From an uncultured delta proteobacterium (GTDB lineage Bacteria; Desulfobacterota; Syntrophia; Syntrophales; UBA2192), in contig CAWHEJ010000012.1 in NCBI GenBank assembly GCA_963828305.1, positions 117,129 through 181,128 on the forward strand: a stretch of 64,000 nt of DNA. Reading direction: 5' to 3'. This document shows, piece after piece, positions 12,315-21,563 of the stretch; the first letter of the stretch is position 1; every line of letters starts with the position of its first letter. The translations under genes were made by a program, and so were the position numbers. The notes under the pieces are model-generated. The model ran no database searches, had not been told where the DNA came from, and saw nothing but the letters and a program-made list of their open reading frames with translations.

Positions 12315-13175
12315 ATGAAAAAGTGGCTGTTACCGGTACTGTTGAGCTTCCTTTTCCTCGTACCCGGCCTTTGCTGGGCACAGAAAGGCGGCTTTGTCTT
12401 CATGGCGAGCACCATCGGCCCCATCGACTCGGGGAGTCGTGGGAGCCCTGGAGGATCAATTCGAGAAGGATACCGGCATCCGGGTCCGCCATGTCGGCGC
12501 AGGCACCGGGGCCGCCCTGAAGATCGCCGAGAAGGGAAACGTCGATCTCGTCATGGCCCACGCCAAATCCCTGGAGGAGAAATTCATCGCCGAGGGCTAC
12601 GGAACCGAACGGATCCCCCTGATGTACAACGACTTTGTCATCCTGGGCCCCGCGGCCGACCCCGCCGGGATCAGGGGGATGAAAACGGGTGCAGAGGCCC
12701 TGAAGGCGATCGCCGCCAAGCAGGCCCTCTTCATCACCCGCGGCGACAAGTCGGGAACCCATGTGGCCGAGATGGAGATCTGGGCAAAGGCCGGGATCAA
12801 GCCCGCCGGCCCATGGTACGTCACCTACGAGAAGGGCTCCCAAGGAAATGCACCCACGACCCGATTTGCCGATTCGAGAAGGGGGCCTATGTCTTCATGG
12901 ATCGGGCGACCTACCTGGCGCTCAAGAAGGAGATCAAGCTCGTCATCCTCGTGGAGAAGGACGAGGCCCTGCTGAATTACATATCCATCATCCCCGTGAA
13001 CCCGAAGAAGTTCCCCCGCGTGAACCATGCGGACACGATGACGTTCGTGAAATGGCTCACCGACCCCGCGAAGGGGCAGAAGATCATAGCCGATTTCGGC
13101 AAAGACAAATACGGCGCCCCCCTCTTCTTCGCCAACTCGAGGGAGTGGCAGGCCGCGCAGAAGAAAACGAAGTGA
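12315..13175 (+). pseudogene. tungstate ABC transporter substrate-binding protein TupA paralogue with two frameshifts
   Basis: Signal peptide and start are in frame 12315. The core (GVVGALEDQFEKDTGIRV...GDKSGTH) is in frame 12394. The C-terminus (EKGAYVFMDRATYLALKK...IIPVNPKKFP) returns to frame 12315. An extra A sits at about 12435 (context gggg-A-gtc) and a second indel at about 12860. Homologous along its length to the intact TupA at 13230. Confidence 0.6.
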
Positions 13176-13229
13176 GGAAGCGCGGGAGAGCGGAAAGAGA
13201 TTTGAAAATAACGTAAAAGGAGTGACGAT

Positions 13230-14087
13230 ATGAAACGAAAATTCGCCTCAATGATCATGTTTGCGATGTTGGCTGCCCTGTTTGTGTTTCCAGCAACGAC
13301 GGCGGCCCAGCCGGCCCAGAAAAACGTCATCCTGGCCACGACGACGAGCACCCAGGACTCGGGACTTCTCGACGTTCTCATCCCCATTTTCGAGAAAAAG
13401 ACGGGCTACTTCGTGAAAACGATCGCCGTGGGCTCCGGCCAGGCCATGGCCATGGGCGCCAAGGGCGAGGCCGATGTGCTGCTCGTCCACTCGCCCGCGG
13501 CGGAAAAGAAGTTCATGGCCGACGGCAACGGCGTCGAGCGCCGGCTCGTCATGCACAACGATTACATCATCCTGGGCCCCCCTGCCGACCCGGCCAGGAT
13601 CAAGGGAATGAAAAAGGCCTCCGAGGCCTTCAAAAAGATCGCCGCAACAGGCAGCATCTTCATGTCCCGCGGTGACAACTCGGGGACCCACGCCAAGGAG
13701 AAGGACATCTGGAAGGCCTCCGGCGTGAAGTTCGAAGGCGAGAAGTGGTACCAGCAGACAGGGCTCGGCATGGGGCAGACACTGGCCGTGGCGGCCGAGA
13801 AGAAAACCTACGTCCTCGCCGACCGCGGGACATATCTGGCCCTGAAGAAGAACCTCGGCCTCGACATTCTGGTCGAGGGCGACGGGATCCTGCTCAACAT
13901 TTACCACGTCATCGAGGTGAACCCGAAGAAGTGGCCCAAGGCAAACTTCACCGGCGCCAAGGCCTTCGGCGACTTCATGGTTTCCAGGGAAACACAGGAG
14001 ATTATCAAGACCTTCGGCGTCGAAAAGTACGGCTCGCCGCTCTTCTTCCCCGATGCCGGCAAGAAAGAGGAGGCCCTGGGCATCTAA
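13230..14087 (+). CDS. tupA: tungstate ABC transporter substrate-binding protein TupA
   Basis: Signal peptide plus TTTSTQDSGLLD, SRGDNSGTH and VIEVNPKKWP motifs typical of TupA/WtpA-like PBPs. RBS AGGAG lies 7 nt upstream. Confidence 0.8.
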   Translation: MKRKFASMIMFAMLAALFVFPATTAAQPAQKNVILATTTSTQDSGLLDVLIPIFEKKTGYFVKTIAVGSGQAMAMGAKGEADVLLVHSPAAEKKFMADGNGVERRLVMHNDYIILGPPADPARIKGMKKASEAFKKIAATGSIFMSRGDNSGTHAKEKDIWKASGVKFEGEKWYQQTGLGMGQTLAVAAEKKTYVLADRGTYLALKKNLGLDILVEGDGILLNIYHVIEVNPKKWPKANFTGAKAFGDFMVSRETQEIIKTFGVEKYGSPLFFPDAGKKEEALGI

Positions 14088-14786
14088 ATGGACATCATCC
14101 TTGAAGGCATCCGTCAGGCCTTCATCCTGCTTATCACCTTTGACCCCGAGGTCCTGGGGATCACGTGGTTTTCCCTGAAGGTCTCGGGCACGGCGACGTT
14201 TATCAGCCTTTTTATCGGGATGTCCGTGGGGACCGTGGTGGCCCTCACGCAGTTTCCGGGCCGCAGCTTCGTCGTGAGCCTCATCAACACGGGGATGGCC
14301 CTGCCTCCCGTGGTGGTGGGGCTCTTCGTCACCATCTTCTTGTGGCGAAACGGGCCCCTGGGCTTCCTGGAGATCCTCTACACGCCGGCGGCCATGATCC
14401 TCGCCCAGGCGATCATCGCCACCCCCATCGTGATGGGGATCTCTCTTGCGGCCATGCAGCAGTTGCCCAGGAAGCTGCGCCTGCAGATCCTGGCCCTGGG
14501 GGCCACGCGCCTGCAGATGGTCCGGATCCTCATCCGCGAGGCGAGGCTCCCCCTGCTGGCGGCCATCATGGCGGGCTTCGGCAGTGTCATCTCCGAGGTT
14601 GGCGCTTCCATCATGGTGGGCGGAAACATCAAGGGCTACACGCGCGTGCTCACGACGGCGACGGTGATGGAAACTAGCCGGGGCAACTTCGACATTGCCA
14701 TCGCCCTGGGGATCATCCTGCTTCTCTTTGCCTACCTCATCAATCTCGTCCTCACGACCGTCCAGCAGAGGGAGAGGCCGCGATGA
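14088..14786 (+). CDS. tupB: tungstate ABC transporter permease TupB
   Basis: 232 aa, multi-TM, with the ABC permease EAA-like loop (AAMQQLPRKLRLQILALGAT). The stop overlaps the tupC start. Confidence 0.8.
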   Translation: MDIILEGIRQAFILLITFDPEVLGITWFSLKVSGTATFISLFIGMSVGTVVALTQFPGRSFVVSLINTGMALPPVVVGLFVTIFLWRNGPLGFLEILYTPAAMILAQAIIATPIVMGISLAAMQQLPRKLRLQILALGATRLQMVRILIREARLPLLAAIMAGFGSVISEVGASIMVGGNIKGYTRVLTTATVMETSRGNFDIAIALGIILLLFAYLINLVLTTVQQRERPR

Positions 14787-15871
14787 CGATCCTGGAGGCA
14801 AAGAACCTGAAGGTGATCCGCGGGGGAAGCCTGCTGGTCGATGTTGCGGGCATTGAGATCTTCGAGGGGGAGACCCTCTCGCTCATCGGCCCCAATGGCG
14901 CGGGAAAGACGACGCTCCTGCAGGCCCTGTCTTACCTGATGAAACCCTCGGCGGGAGAGATCTTCTTCCGGGGGCAGGCGGTGGGTGCAGAGCAGCGCAT
15001 ATTGGAATACCGGAGGCGGCTCGCCATGGTCTTCCAGGAGCCTTTGCTCTTCGATACGACTGTCTTCGGCAACGTCGTATCGGGGCTCAAGATCCGCGGG
15101 ACGGGCGGTGCCGAGGCCCGACGCATCGTGGAGTCGCAGCTGGATCGTTTCGGCATTGCGCACCTGGGCGACCGATCCGCAAAAACGCTCTCGGGAGGGG
15201 AGGCCCAACGGACAAGCCTTGCCCGGGCCTTCGCCATCTCGCCGGAGATCCTCTTTCTCGACGAGCCCTTCGCATCGCTCGACCCGCCGACCCGGGAAGC
15301 CATCGTCACGGACCTGGAGAAAGTCCTCGCCGAGACGAAGACCACCACGATCATGGCCACCCACGACCGCAACGAGGCCCTGCGCCTCTCGGACCGCATC
15401 GCCATCATGGAAGGGGGCCGAATCGCCCAGATCGACCGGCCTGCCGTCATCATGAACAGGCCCGTTGACGAGTTCGTCGCTTCCTTTGTTGGGACCGAGA
15501 CGATCCTGGAGGGACGAGTCGGGGACGTCAACGAAACGTCCCTGATCGTCAACGTGAACGGAGCGGAGATCGAAGTCGTGGGCAGAGGCAAGGCCGGCGA
15601 ACGGGTGCTTCTCTGCATCCGCCCCGAAAACGTCACCCTCACCATCCCCGAGGGGAACGTAAAGACCAGCGCCAGAAACGTATTCCGCGGGCGGATCGGC
15701 AGGATCGTCCCGCTGGGGCTCTTCCACAAAGTCGAAATTGCCTGCGGGTTCCCCCTGGTGGCCTACGTGACGACACACGCCCGCGAGGAACTGGCCCTGA
15801 GTGTGGGCATGGAGGTGACCGCCGCCTTCAAGGCCACCGCCATCCACGTCATCCGAAAGAGCGGCTCATAA
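14783..15871 (+). CDS. tupC: tungstate ABC transporter ATP-binding protein TupC with C-terminal TOBE domain
   Basis: Walker A GPNGAGKTT, signature LSGGEAQR, Walker B ILFLDEP. The C-terminal 120 aa resemble a Mo/W-binding TOBE domain. Confidence 0.8.
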   Translation: MTILEAKNLKVIRGGSLLVDVAGIEIFEGETLSLIGPNGAGKTTLLQALSYLMKPSAGEIFFRGQAVGAEQRILEYRRRLAMVFQEPLLFDTTVFGNVVSGLKIRGTGGAEARRIVESQLDRFGIAHLGDRSAKTLSGGEAQRTSLARAFAISPEILFLDEPFASLDPPTREAIVTDLEKVLAETKTTTIMATHDRNEALRLSDRIAIMEGGRIAQIDRPAVIMNRPVDEFVASFVGTETILEGRVGDVNETSLIVNVNGAEIEVVGRGKAGERVLLCIRPENVTLTIPEGNVKTSARNVFRGRIGRIVPLGLFHKVEIACGFPLVAYVTTHAREELALSVGMEVTAAFKATAIHVIRKSGS

Positions 15872-15910
15872 ACAAATGCGTACCTTTATTTGGAGGTCAA
15901 TCAGAAAACC

Positions 15911-16642
15911 ATGAAAGTATATATCGGCTTTGACGACACGGACAACCTGGACGCCGACATCGGCACGGGCAAACTGGCCCGCTGGTTCGAGGCATTGCTT
16001 CCAGAGGACTGTCGTCTCCAGGGTGTCGTGCGGCAGCAGCTTCTCGTCGACGACCGCATCCCCTACACCTCTCACAACAGCTCCGCCTGCATCATCGTGG
16101 AAGTTCCCGACATCGCCCTGCTGGAGACCATCAGGGAGAGGGCCGTCCGCCACATCGAAAAAGAGTCCCTGACGGGAAGCGACCCGGGGCTTTGCATCGC
16201 CTGGGGCGATAACGGGGTCTTCGAGCCCATCATGGAGTTCGGCCGCGGCTGCACGGAGCGCGTCGTCACCCAGAAAGATGCCCTTAAGGCAGCCAAAGGC
16301 TTCCATCTCTCCGGCCATGGCGGGACCAACGACGGGATCATCGGGGCGGCAGCCGGCGTGGGGCTCACAGCATCGGGCTGGAGCGGGCGGTTTATCGAAT
16401 TCGCCCGCCTTAGGGATTTTCCAAACATCGTCACCGTCGGGCAACTCGAAGAGCGCGGCATTTTCGTAGTCTCCATGGACCGCGACGCCGTCTCCCCGCA
16501 CCCAGAAGACCGGGTGGACACGAAGGGATGGCTCCGGCCGCGCCTTTTGGGCCACAGGGCGGTCGTTCCCGTGCTACCTTCCGGCAAGGGTTTGTGGTAC
16601 ACTCTCTGGGAGAAGCGCAGCAAAAAATCCCATGGGAGGTAA
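15911..16642 (+). CDS. hypothetical protein resembling the N-terminal kinase-like domain of archaeal TiaS (DDTD motif)
   Basis: MKVYIGFDDTDN...GTGKLA, IPYTSHNSSACIIVEV and GIIGAAAGVG match my recollection of TiaS N-domain motifs (GIDDTDS...CTTY, IPYKTRGNGAVSF). It lacks the TiaS C-terminal tRNA-binding domains. Confidence 0.45.
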   Translation: MKVYIGFDDTDNLDADIGTGKLARWFEALLPEDCRLQGVVRQQLLVDDRIPYTSHNSSACIIVEVPDIALLETIRERAVRHIEKESLTGSDPGLCIAWGDNGVFEPIMEFGRGCTERVVTQKDALKAAKGFHLSGHGGTNDGIIGAAAGVGLTASGWSGRFIEFARLRDFPNIVTVGQLEERGIFVVSMDRDAVSPHPEDRVDTKGWLRPRLLGHRAVVPVLPSGKGLWYTLWEKRSKKSHGR

Positions 16643-16647
16643 CGATC

Positions 16648-16896
16648 ATGCCAGGAAAAATATTCTACCGTGAGCGCGGAAAGATCGGCGAGGGGGAGAA
16701 AAAGCCCCGGTTCAAGATCGTAGCAGTCTCGGGGGTGGAGATCGATTTTTACTCCTACCATCTCCGGAAGAAGGAGCTGGAGCAAATCGCCAAGGCGGTC
16801 GGCGCAAAGCTCGTCCTGATGGAAAGGGGCACAAAGGGCAGCGAAGACGAGGTGGAAGTGGGTGAACCGACAAAAGGCAGAAAGTCAAAAAAGTAG
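16648..16896 (+). CDS. small hypothetical protein (82 aa), Lys/Glu-rich C-terminus
   Basis: ATG preceded by GGGAGG at 8 nt spacing. No recognisable domain. Positioned between the TiaS-like and MoSto-like genes. Confidence 0.45.
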   Translation: MPGKIFYRERGKIGEGEKKPRFKIVAVSGVEIDFYSYHLRKKELEQIAKAVGAKLVLMERGTKGSEDEVEVGEPTKGRKSKK

Positions 16897-16963
16897 CGGA
16901 GCCCGCCGGACTTTCAGGCTCACCCGCGGCAAGTAAACCCTAATAAACCAGTGGAGGCAGAAC

Positions 16964-17791
16964 ATGGCGCTGATCAGGGAGCGCGACGGGAAACGACTGC
17001 ACGTCAAGAGCAAGCTCATGGGGGAGAGTCTCGTCAGTAAATCCTTCGCCGAGGAGTACGACGTGGCCCCGCAGCAGAGGCTCTTTCCGGACGTGCACGT
17101 CCTGAAGATCGGCGGGCAGTCCATCTGTGATTTGGGCAAGAAGGCCCTGCCGGCAGTCGTAAAGGAAATCGCCGCAAACAAGAAGAAACACAAGATGTTC
17201 CTGCTCACAGGCGGGGGGACAAGGAGCCGTCACATCTATGCCATCGGCCTCGAGCTGGGGATGCCCACGGGGATCATCTCCAAGTTCGGCAGCTCCATCT
17301 CCGAGCAGAACGCGCTGCTGGTTGCCACGCTGCTTTCTCCCTGGGGCGGCGTAAAGATCGGCCATGACGAAGTCCTGAAGCTCCCGACTTACTTTGCCCA
17401 GGGCTGCATCCCCGTCATGCACGGGATGCCCCCTTACGACTACTACGCCCTGCCGTCGCCGAAATGGCGGATCCCCATCCACCGAACCGACGTGGGCACC
17501 CTGATCGTGGCGGATCTCATCGGGGCAAAGAGCTGCATCCTCGTGAAGGACGAGGACGGCCTCTACACGGACAACCCCAAGAAGAACAAGAAAGCGAAAT
17601 TCATCGCCGAGATCAGCGCCGGGGAGCTGATCAAAAGAAACCTCGACGATCTCATCATCGAGAGGCCCTGCCTGGAGATCCTCCAGAACAGCGAGGTCCT
17701 CGATCGCATCCAGATCATAAACGGTCTCAAGAAGGGAAACATCACGAAGGCCCTCAACGGCAAGCACGTCGGGACGATCATTTACAAGTAA
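16964..17791 (+). CDS. molybdenum storage protein subunit-like (MosA/MosB family, amino-acid-kinase/UMP-kinase fold)
   Basis: VLKIGGQSI, LTGGGTRSRHIYAIGLELGMP, HRTDVGTLIVADLIGAKSCILVKDEDGLYTDNPK and INGLKKGNITKALNGKHVGTIIYK align well with my recollection of A. vinelandii MosB (VIKIGGQSV, TGAGTRARHLYSIAAGLGLP, YRTDAGCFLLAEQFGCKQMIFVKDEDGLYTANPK, VNGLVPGNLTRALAGEHVGTI). RBS GGAGG at 6 nt. Confidence 0.65.
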   Translation: MALIRERDGKRLHVKSKLMGESLVSKSFAEEYDVAPQQRLFPDVHVLKIGGQSICDLGKKALPAVVKEIAANKKKHKMFLLTGGGTRSRHIYAIGLELGMPTGIISKFGSSISEQNALLVATLLSPWGGVKIGHDEVLKLPTYFAQGCIPVMHGMPPYDYYALPSPKWRIPIHRTDVGTLIVADLIGAKSCILVKDEDGLYTDNPKKNKKAKFIAEISAGELIKRNLDDLIIERPCLEILQNSEVLDRIQIINGLKKGNITKALNGKHVGTIIYK

Positions 17792-17957
17792 GACACAGCC
17801 TCCGGGGGATCGTCGCCGCCCTCGCTGAGAAGGCTTTTCGGGAAAGCGCAAAGGCAACGGCCATCCATGTCATCCGGCACGGGAGATATGCGTTATCTTC
17901 ATCGTGACTCAGGAGGATTTGCCGGAGGATCATTTCAATAGTAAAGGGGTATTGACC

Positions 17958-18449
17958 ATGAAAAAAGGATTGCTTGTTCTCGCCATCGTTCTCACCGTAA
18001 CGCTCGCGCTTTCGGGCATGCTCTTCGCGCAGGCCAAAAAGGGCCCTGCCACCGACGGCAAGTCCGTCTGGGACTTCATCCAGAAGGGGAAATACCAGAG
18101 CTGGAAGACGTGGCCCGGCACCGAGTCCCAGTATGCAGGGCCCGAGCCCCACGGGGCGTTTCTGACGACCTACGTCAACCAGGTTGCCTTCGACTCCATC
18201 AAGGCCAAGAAGGGCAAGTTTGCCGACGGGGCCATGATCGTGCAGGAGAACTTCGGCAAGGACAAGAAGCTCAAGCACATCGACGTGATGTACAAGGTGA
18301 AGGGCTACAACCCCAAGGGCGGCGACTGGTTCTGGGCGCAGTACAAGGCCAGCGGCAAGGTGGACCAGGAAGGCAAGATCGACGATTGCATCAAGTGCCA
18401 CGAGGCCCAGAAGACCAACGACTACGTCTACACGAGCAAGATGAAGTAG
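17958..18449 (+). CDS. periplasmic monoheme c-type cytochrome (P460-like)
   Basis: Signal peptide MKKGLLVLAIVLTVTLALSGMLFA and a single CIKCH haem-binding motif near the C-terminus. Size 163 aa. Confidence 0.7.
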   Translation: MKKGLLVLAIVLTVTLALSGMLFAQAKKGPATDGKSVWDFIQKGKYQSWKTWPGTESQYAGPEPHGAFLTTYVNQVAFDSIKAKKGKFADGAMIVQENFGKDKKLKHIDVMYKVKGYNPKGGDWFWAQYKASGKVDQEGKIDDCIKCHEAQKTNDYVYTSKMK

Positions 18450-18546
18450 ATTTGCAGGCGATTTGTCATACAGCGGCTCAAGTTGCGGCCGGCCCTGATC
18501 GGGAAAAAGGCTTCCCATCGGGCGCCGGCCGCCTTATATTGTCCCC

Positions 18547-18909
18547 ATGGCAAAAGCCCACCCCAGAATCGAGCGGGAGCGCAAAACACTGGAGACCATG
18601 ATCGGGATCTTCTGCCGGGACCGCCACGGCACAAAAGGGGAAATCTGCAGCGATTGCGCGGGACTTCTTGCCTACGCCGTAAAGCGTCTCGACAAATGCC
18701 CCTTCGGGGCGAAGAAGCCCACCTGCGCCCACTGCCCCGTGCACTGCTACAGGCCCGACATGCGGGAAAAGATCCGGGAGGTCATGCGTCATGCCGGCCC
18801 CCGCATGATCTGGAGGCACCCGGTCCTTGCCGCCTGTCACCTCATCGAGGGCCGACGCAAAGCGCCGGCCCTTTCCAGCCCCGAAGGCCGGGCCGCAAAT
18901 AAACCTTGA
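18547..18909 (+). CDS. nitrous-oxide-stimulated promoter family protein (YgbA-like, Cys-rich)
   Basis: 120 aa with the Cys pattern C..C..C...CP...C..CP.HC characteristic of the YgbA family. Confidence 0.65.
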   Translation: MAKAHPRIERERKTLETMIGIFCRDRHGTKGEICSDCAGLLAYAVKRLDKCPFGAKKPTCAHCPVHCYRPDMREKIREVMRHAGPRMIWRHPVLAACHLIEGRRKAPALSSPEGRAANKP

Positions 18910-19048
18910 CAATGATCAGGAAAAGCATTAAGTTACCCGTGCTTTGAACCGGTTATGACGCATATTGTCCCCAGAGAGCCCGTGAAAGGCCATGGGGATT
19001 TTTTTTGGCCTGATCTATGCACATTTTGCCGGTTCGCACAGGAGGAAC

Positions 19049-19213
19049 ATGGGAAAAAGAAATCACAACCAGTTCATCAAGCGACAGAAAGAATTGGAGC
19101 GCCTGAGAAAGGCAACCGAGAAGATGGCCAAGCGCCAGGGTAAGAACATGAGGAACGAGCCGGAAGTGGAGTCAGCCGGCGCGGAACCCGCCCAGGCAGA
19201 GGCAGAAGCGTAA
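19049..19213 (+). CDS. small basic hypothetical protein (54 aa)
   Basis: ATG preceded by AGGAGG. Lys/Arg-rich, immediately upstream of the DEAD-box helicase gene. Weak support. Confidence 0.35.
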   Translation: MGKRNHNQFIKRQKELERLRKATEKMAKRQGKNMRNEPEVESAGAEPAQAEAEA

Positions 19214-19306
19214 ACAATCCTTAATCAATAAACAATCGCCCGCCACGGTGGCGGGCAGACCGGTAATGTTGCCGGTAGAAATGCCAGAAAAGAGGTTTAT
19301 CTGTTA

Positions 19307-20632
19307 ATGAGTTTCAAGTTGTTCGAGTTACATCCACTGATTCAAGCGGGCGTTGAGGCCCTCGGCTACGAGGAGCCCACGCCGATCCAATCCGAATGCA
19401 TCCCACTCATACTCCAGGGCCGGGATGTCATGGGAATGGCCCACACCGGTACGGGAAAAACGGCCGCCTTTGGTCTCCCGATCCTGCAGAGACTAATGAC
19501 AGGGCCGCGCCGTCACGTTCGTGTGCTCATCATCGCCCCCACCCGGGAGCTGGCCGAGCAGATCCACGAGGCCATACGCGAACTGGGCCGAAAAACGAAA
19601 GTGAAGAGCGTTACCGTCTACGGGGGCGTGAAACAGACCTCCCAGGTCAGAAAGCTCCAGGAGGGCGCCGAGATCGTCGTGGCATGCCCGGGGCGCCTGA
19701 TCGACCTCATGGACCAGGGGGTCATTGACCTCACCCATCTGGAGGTCCTCGTCCTGGACGAGGCGGACCGCATGTTCGACATGGGGTTCATGCCCGATGT
19801 CCGGAAAATCCTGAAAAGAATCCCCGCCCAGCGCCAGACCCTCCTGTTCTCGGCCACCATTCCCGACGAAATCAGGCATCTGGCAAAGGAAGTGCTGCGG
19901 GACCCCGTCACCGTGCAGGTCGGCGAATCGACCCCGGTCTCCACGGTCTCCCACGCCCTGTACCCCGTGGAACAGCATCTCAAGACGGGCCTGCTGACGA
20001 AGATCCTCGACCGTACGGACACGGATTCGGTTCTCGTCTTCACCCGGACCAAAGCCCGGGCAACACGCGTGGCAACGCACCTGAAAAAAGCGGGATTCCC
20101 CGTCGCCTCCATGCAGGGAGATCTGTCTCAGGGCCAGCGCCAGGATGCGCTCAACGGCTTCCGCACCGGCAAGTACAGGATCCTCGTGGCGACCGACATC
20201 GCCGCCCGCGGTCTCGACATCTCCCGGATCTCGCACGTGATCAATTACGACATGCCGGACACGGTTGACGCCTACACGCATCGTATCGGCCGAACGGGCC
20301 GCGCCGAGAGAACCGGCGACGCCTTCACGTTTGTCACCCGTGAGGACAGGGCCTTCGTGTGGGCCATCGAGAATGTCCTGGGCGAAGAGATCGAGAGGCG
20401 GACGCTGGAAGACTTCGACTATACCGCGGCACCCAAGGAGAGCCCAAGAGGAGGCTTCCAGAGATACGGGGGCCGGGAACGTGAAGCGAGTCCGAAGGCT
20501 GGGCCGATGCGCCGCGAGCTTTCATCCTTTGCAGCTGCGCAGTCGGGCTCCGACTCGACGGAGGGAGCGCGGAAAGTGACGCTTTTCTCCACGCCCCGCT
20601 CGAGATCACGCAGGGCACGCAGTGTCCGCTGA
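19307..20632 (+). CDS. DEAD-box ATP-dependent RNA helicase (RhlE/DeaD-like) with basic C-terminal tail
   Basis: Q-motif FELHPLIQAGV...PTPIQ, motif I AHTGTGKT, DEAD (LVLDEADRM), SAT, HRIGRTGR. Confidence 0.9.
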   Translation: MSFKLFELHPLIQAGVEALGYEEPTPIQSECIPLILQGRDVMGMAHTGTGKTAAFGLPILQRLMTGPRRHVRVLIIAPTRELAEQIHEAIRELGRKTKVKSVTVYGGVKQTSQVRKLQEGAEIVVACPGRLIDLMDQGVIDLTHLEVLVLDEADRMFDMGFMPDVRKILKRIPAQRQTLLFSATIPDEIRHLAKEVLRDPVTVQVGESTPVSTVSHALYPVEQHLKTGLLTKILDRTDTDSVLVFTRTKARATRVATHLKKAGFPVASMQGDLSQGQRQDALNGFRTGKYRILVATDIAARGLDISRISHVINYDMPDTVDAYTHRIGRTGRAERTGDAFTFVTREDRAFVWAIENVLGEEIERRTLEDFDYTAAPKESPRGGFQRYGGREREASPKAGPMRRELSSFAAAQSGSDSTEGARKVTLFSTPRSRSRRARSVR

Positions 20633-20771
20633 GCAGGAAGCCTTAAAGAAGGGGGCATGATTAGCATTGCAGTCAGGCCCCGTATGTGATAACGACTCGT
20701 TCAGTATTCGGAAAAGTCGGAAGAGTTTCAGGCCAACATCACTAGAACCATTAATTTTTCAGGAGAGGTCG

Positions 20772-21083
20772 ATGAAGATTTACGTCGGGAACATGCCTTA
20801 CGGTGTCACGGAAGAGGATCTGAAGCAGTCTTTTTCAGCATTTGGCGAGGTCACGTCCGTGTCGATCATCAAGGACAAGATGAGCGGGCAGTCGAAGGGG
20901 TTCGGCTTTGTCGAGATGGCATCGGCTGAGCAGGGCCAGGCCGCCATCAGCGGGATGAATGGCAAGGAACTCAAGGGACGGAAGCTCAATGTCAACGAGG
21001 CGCGCCCCCGCCAGGACGACGGTCGTGGTGGTGGTGGTGGCATGAGACGCCCCGGTGGCGGCGGTGGCAGACCCCGTTACTAG
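20772..21083 (+). CDS. RRM-type RNA-binding protein with Gly/Arg-rich tail
   Basis: RNP-2 IYVGNM and RNP-1 KGFGFVEM. RBS AGGAGAGG upstream. Confidence 0.85.
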   Translation: MKIYVGNMPYGVTEEDLKQSFSAFGEVTSVSIIKDKMSGQSKGFGFVEMASAEQGQAAISGMNGKELKGRKLNVNEARPRQDDGRGGGGGMRRPGGGGGRPRY

Positions 21084-21290
21084 ACTCCGGCTTTTCTCAC
21101 TCTAAACAACAGTCAAAAAGCGGGGTCTCCCGGCAACGGGAGGCCCCCGACAATTTCATCGGCTCCCGTCCCGCCACAGGACCGCCCTCCGGACGGCCGC
21201 AGGCATGTACGCGCATGCAAAGGCCTCAAGTCCCCTTGACAAGGATCGGATGGGTGGCTTAATTAGCGGAAAACCTTAGGGAGTTGTACC

Positions 21291-21557
21291 TTGAACGTCA
21301 ATGGATCGGGCGGCAAGCCTGATATCGATTATCCCTGCCCCTGGGGCTACAAGGTCATCGGCTCGGACGTGGAACGTTTGCGAAGCGCCATCGCCGAGGT
21401 GATCCAGGAGCGGCCTCACACCATTACCCCCTCCAACACAAGCCTCACGGGTAAATACCACTGCCTCGACGTGGAGATCGTCGTCACGAGCGAGGAGTGC
21501 CGTATCGAGATCTACGAATGCCTGCGCAGGCACCCCGCCGTCAAGGTCGTTCTGTAA
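21291..21557 (+). CDS. DUF493 (YbeD-like) family protein
   Basis: 88 aa. The CPWGYKVIG motif is typical of the UPF0250/DUF493 family. Starts with TTG in the ORF track. Confidence 0.65.
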   Translation: MNVNGSGGKPDIDYPCPWGYKVIGSDVERLRSAIAEVIQERPHTITPSNTSLTGKYHCLDVEIVVTSEECRIEIYECLRRHPAVKVVL

Positions 21558-21563
21558 AAACAG

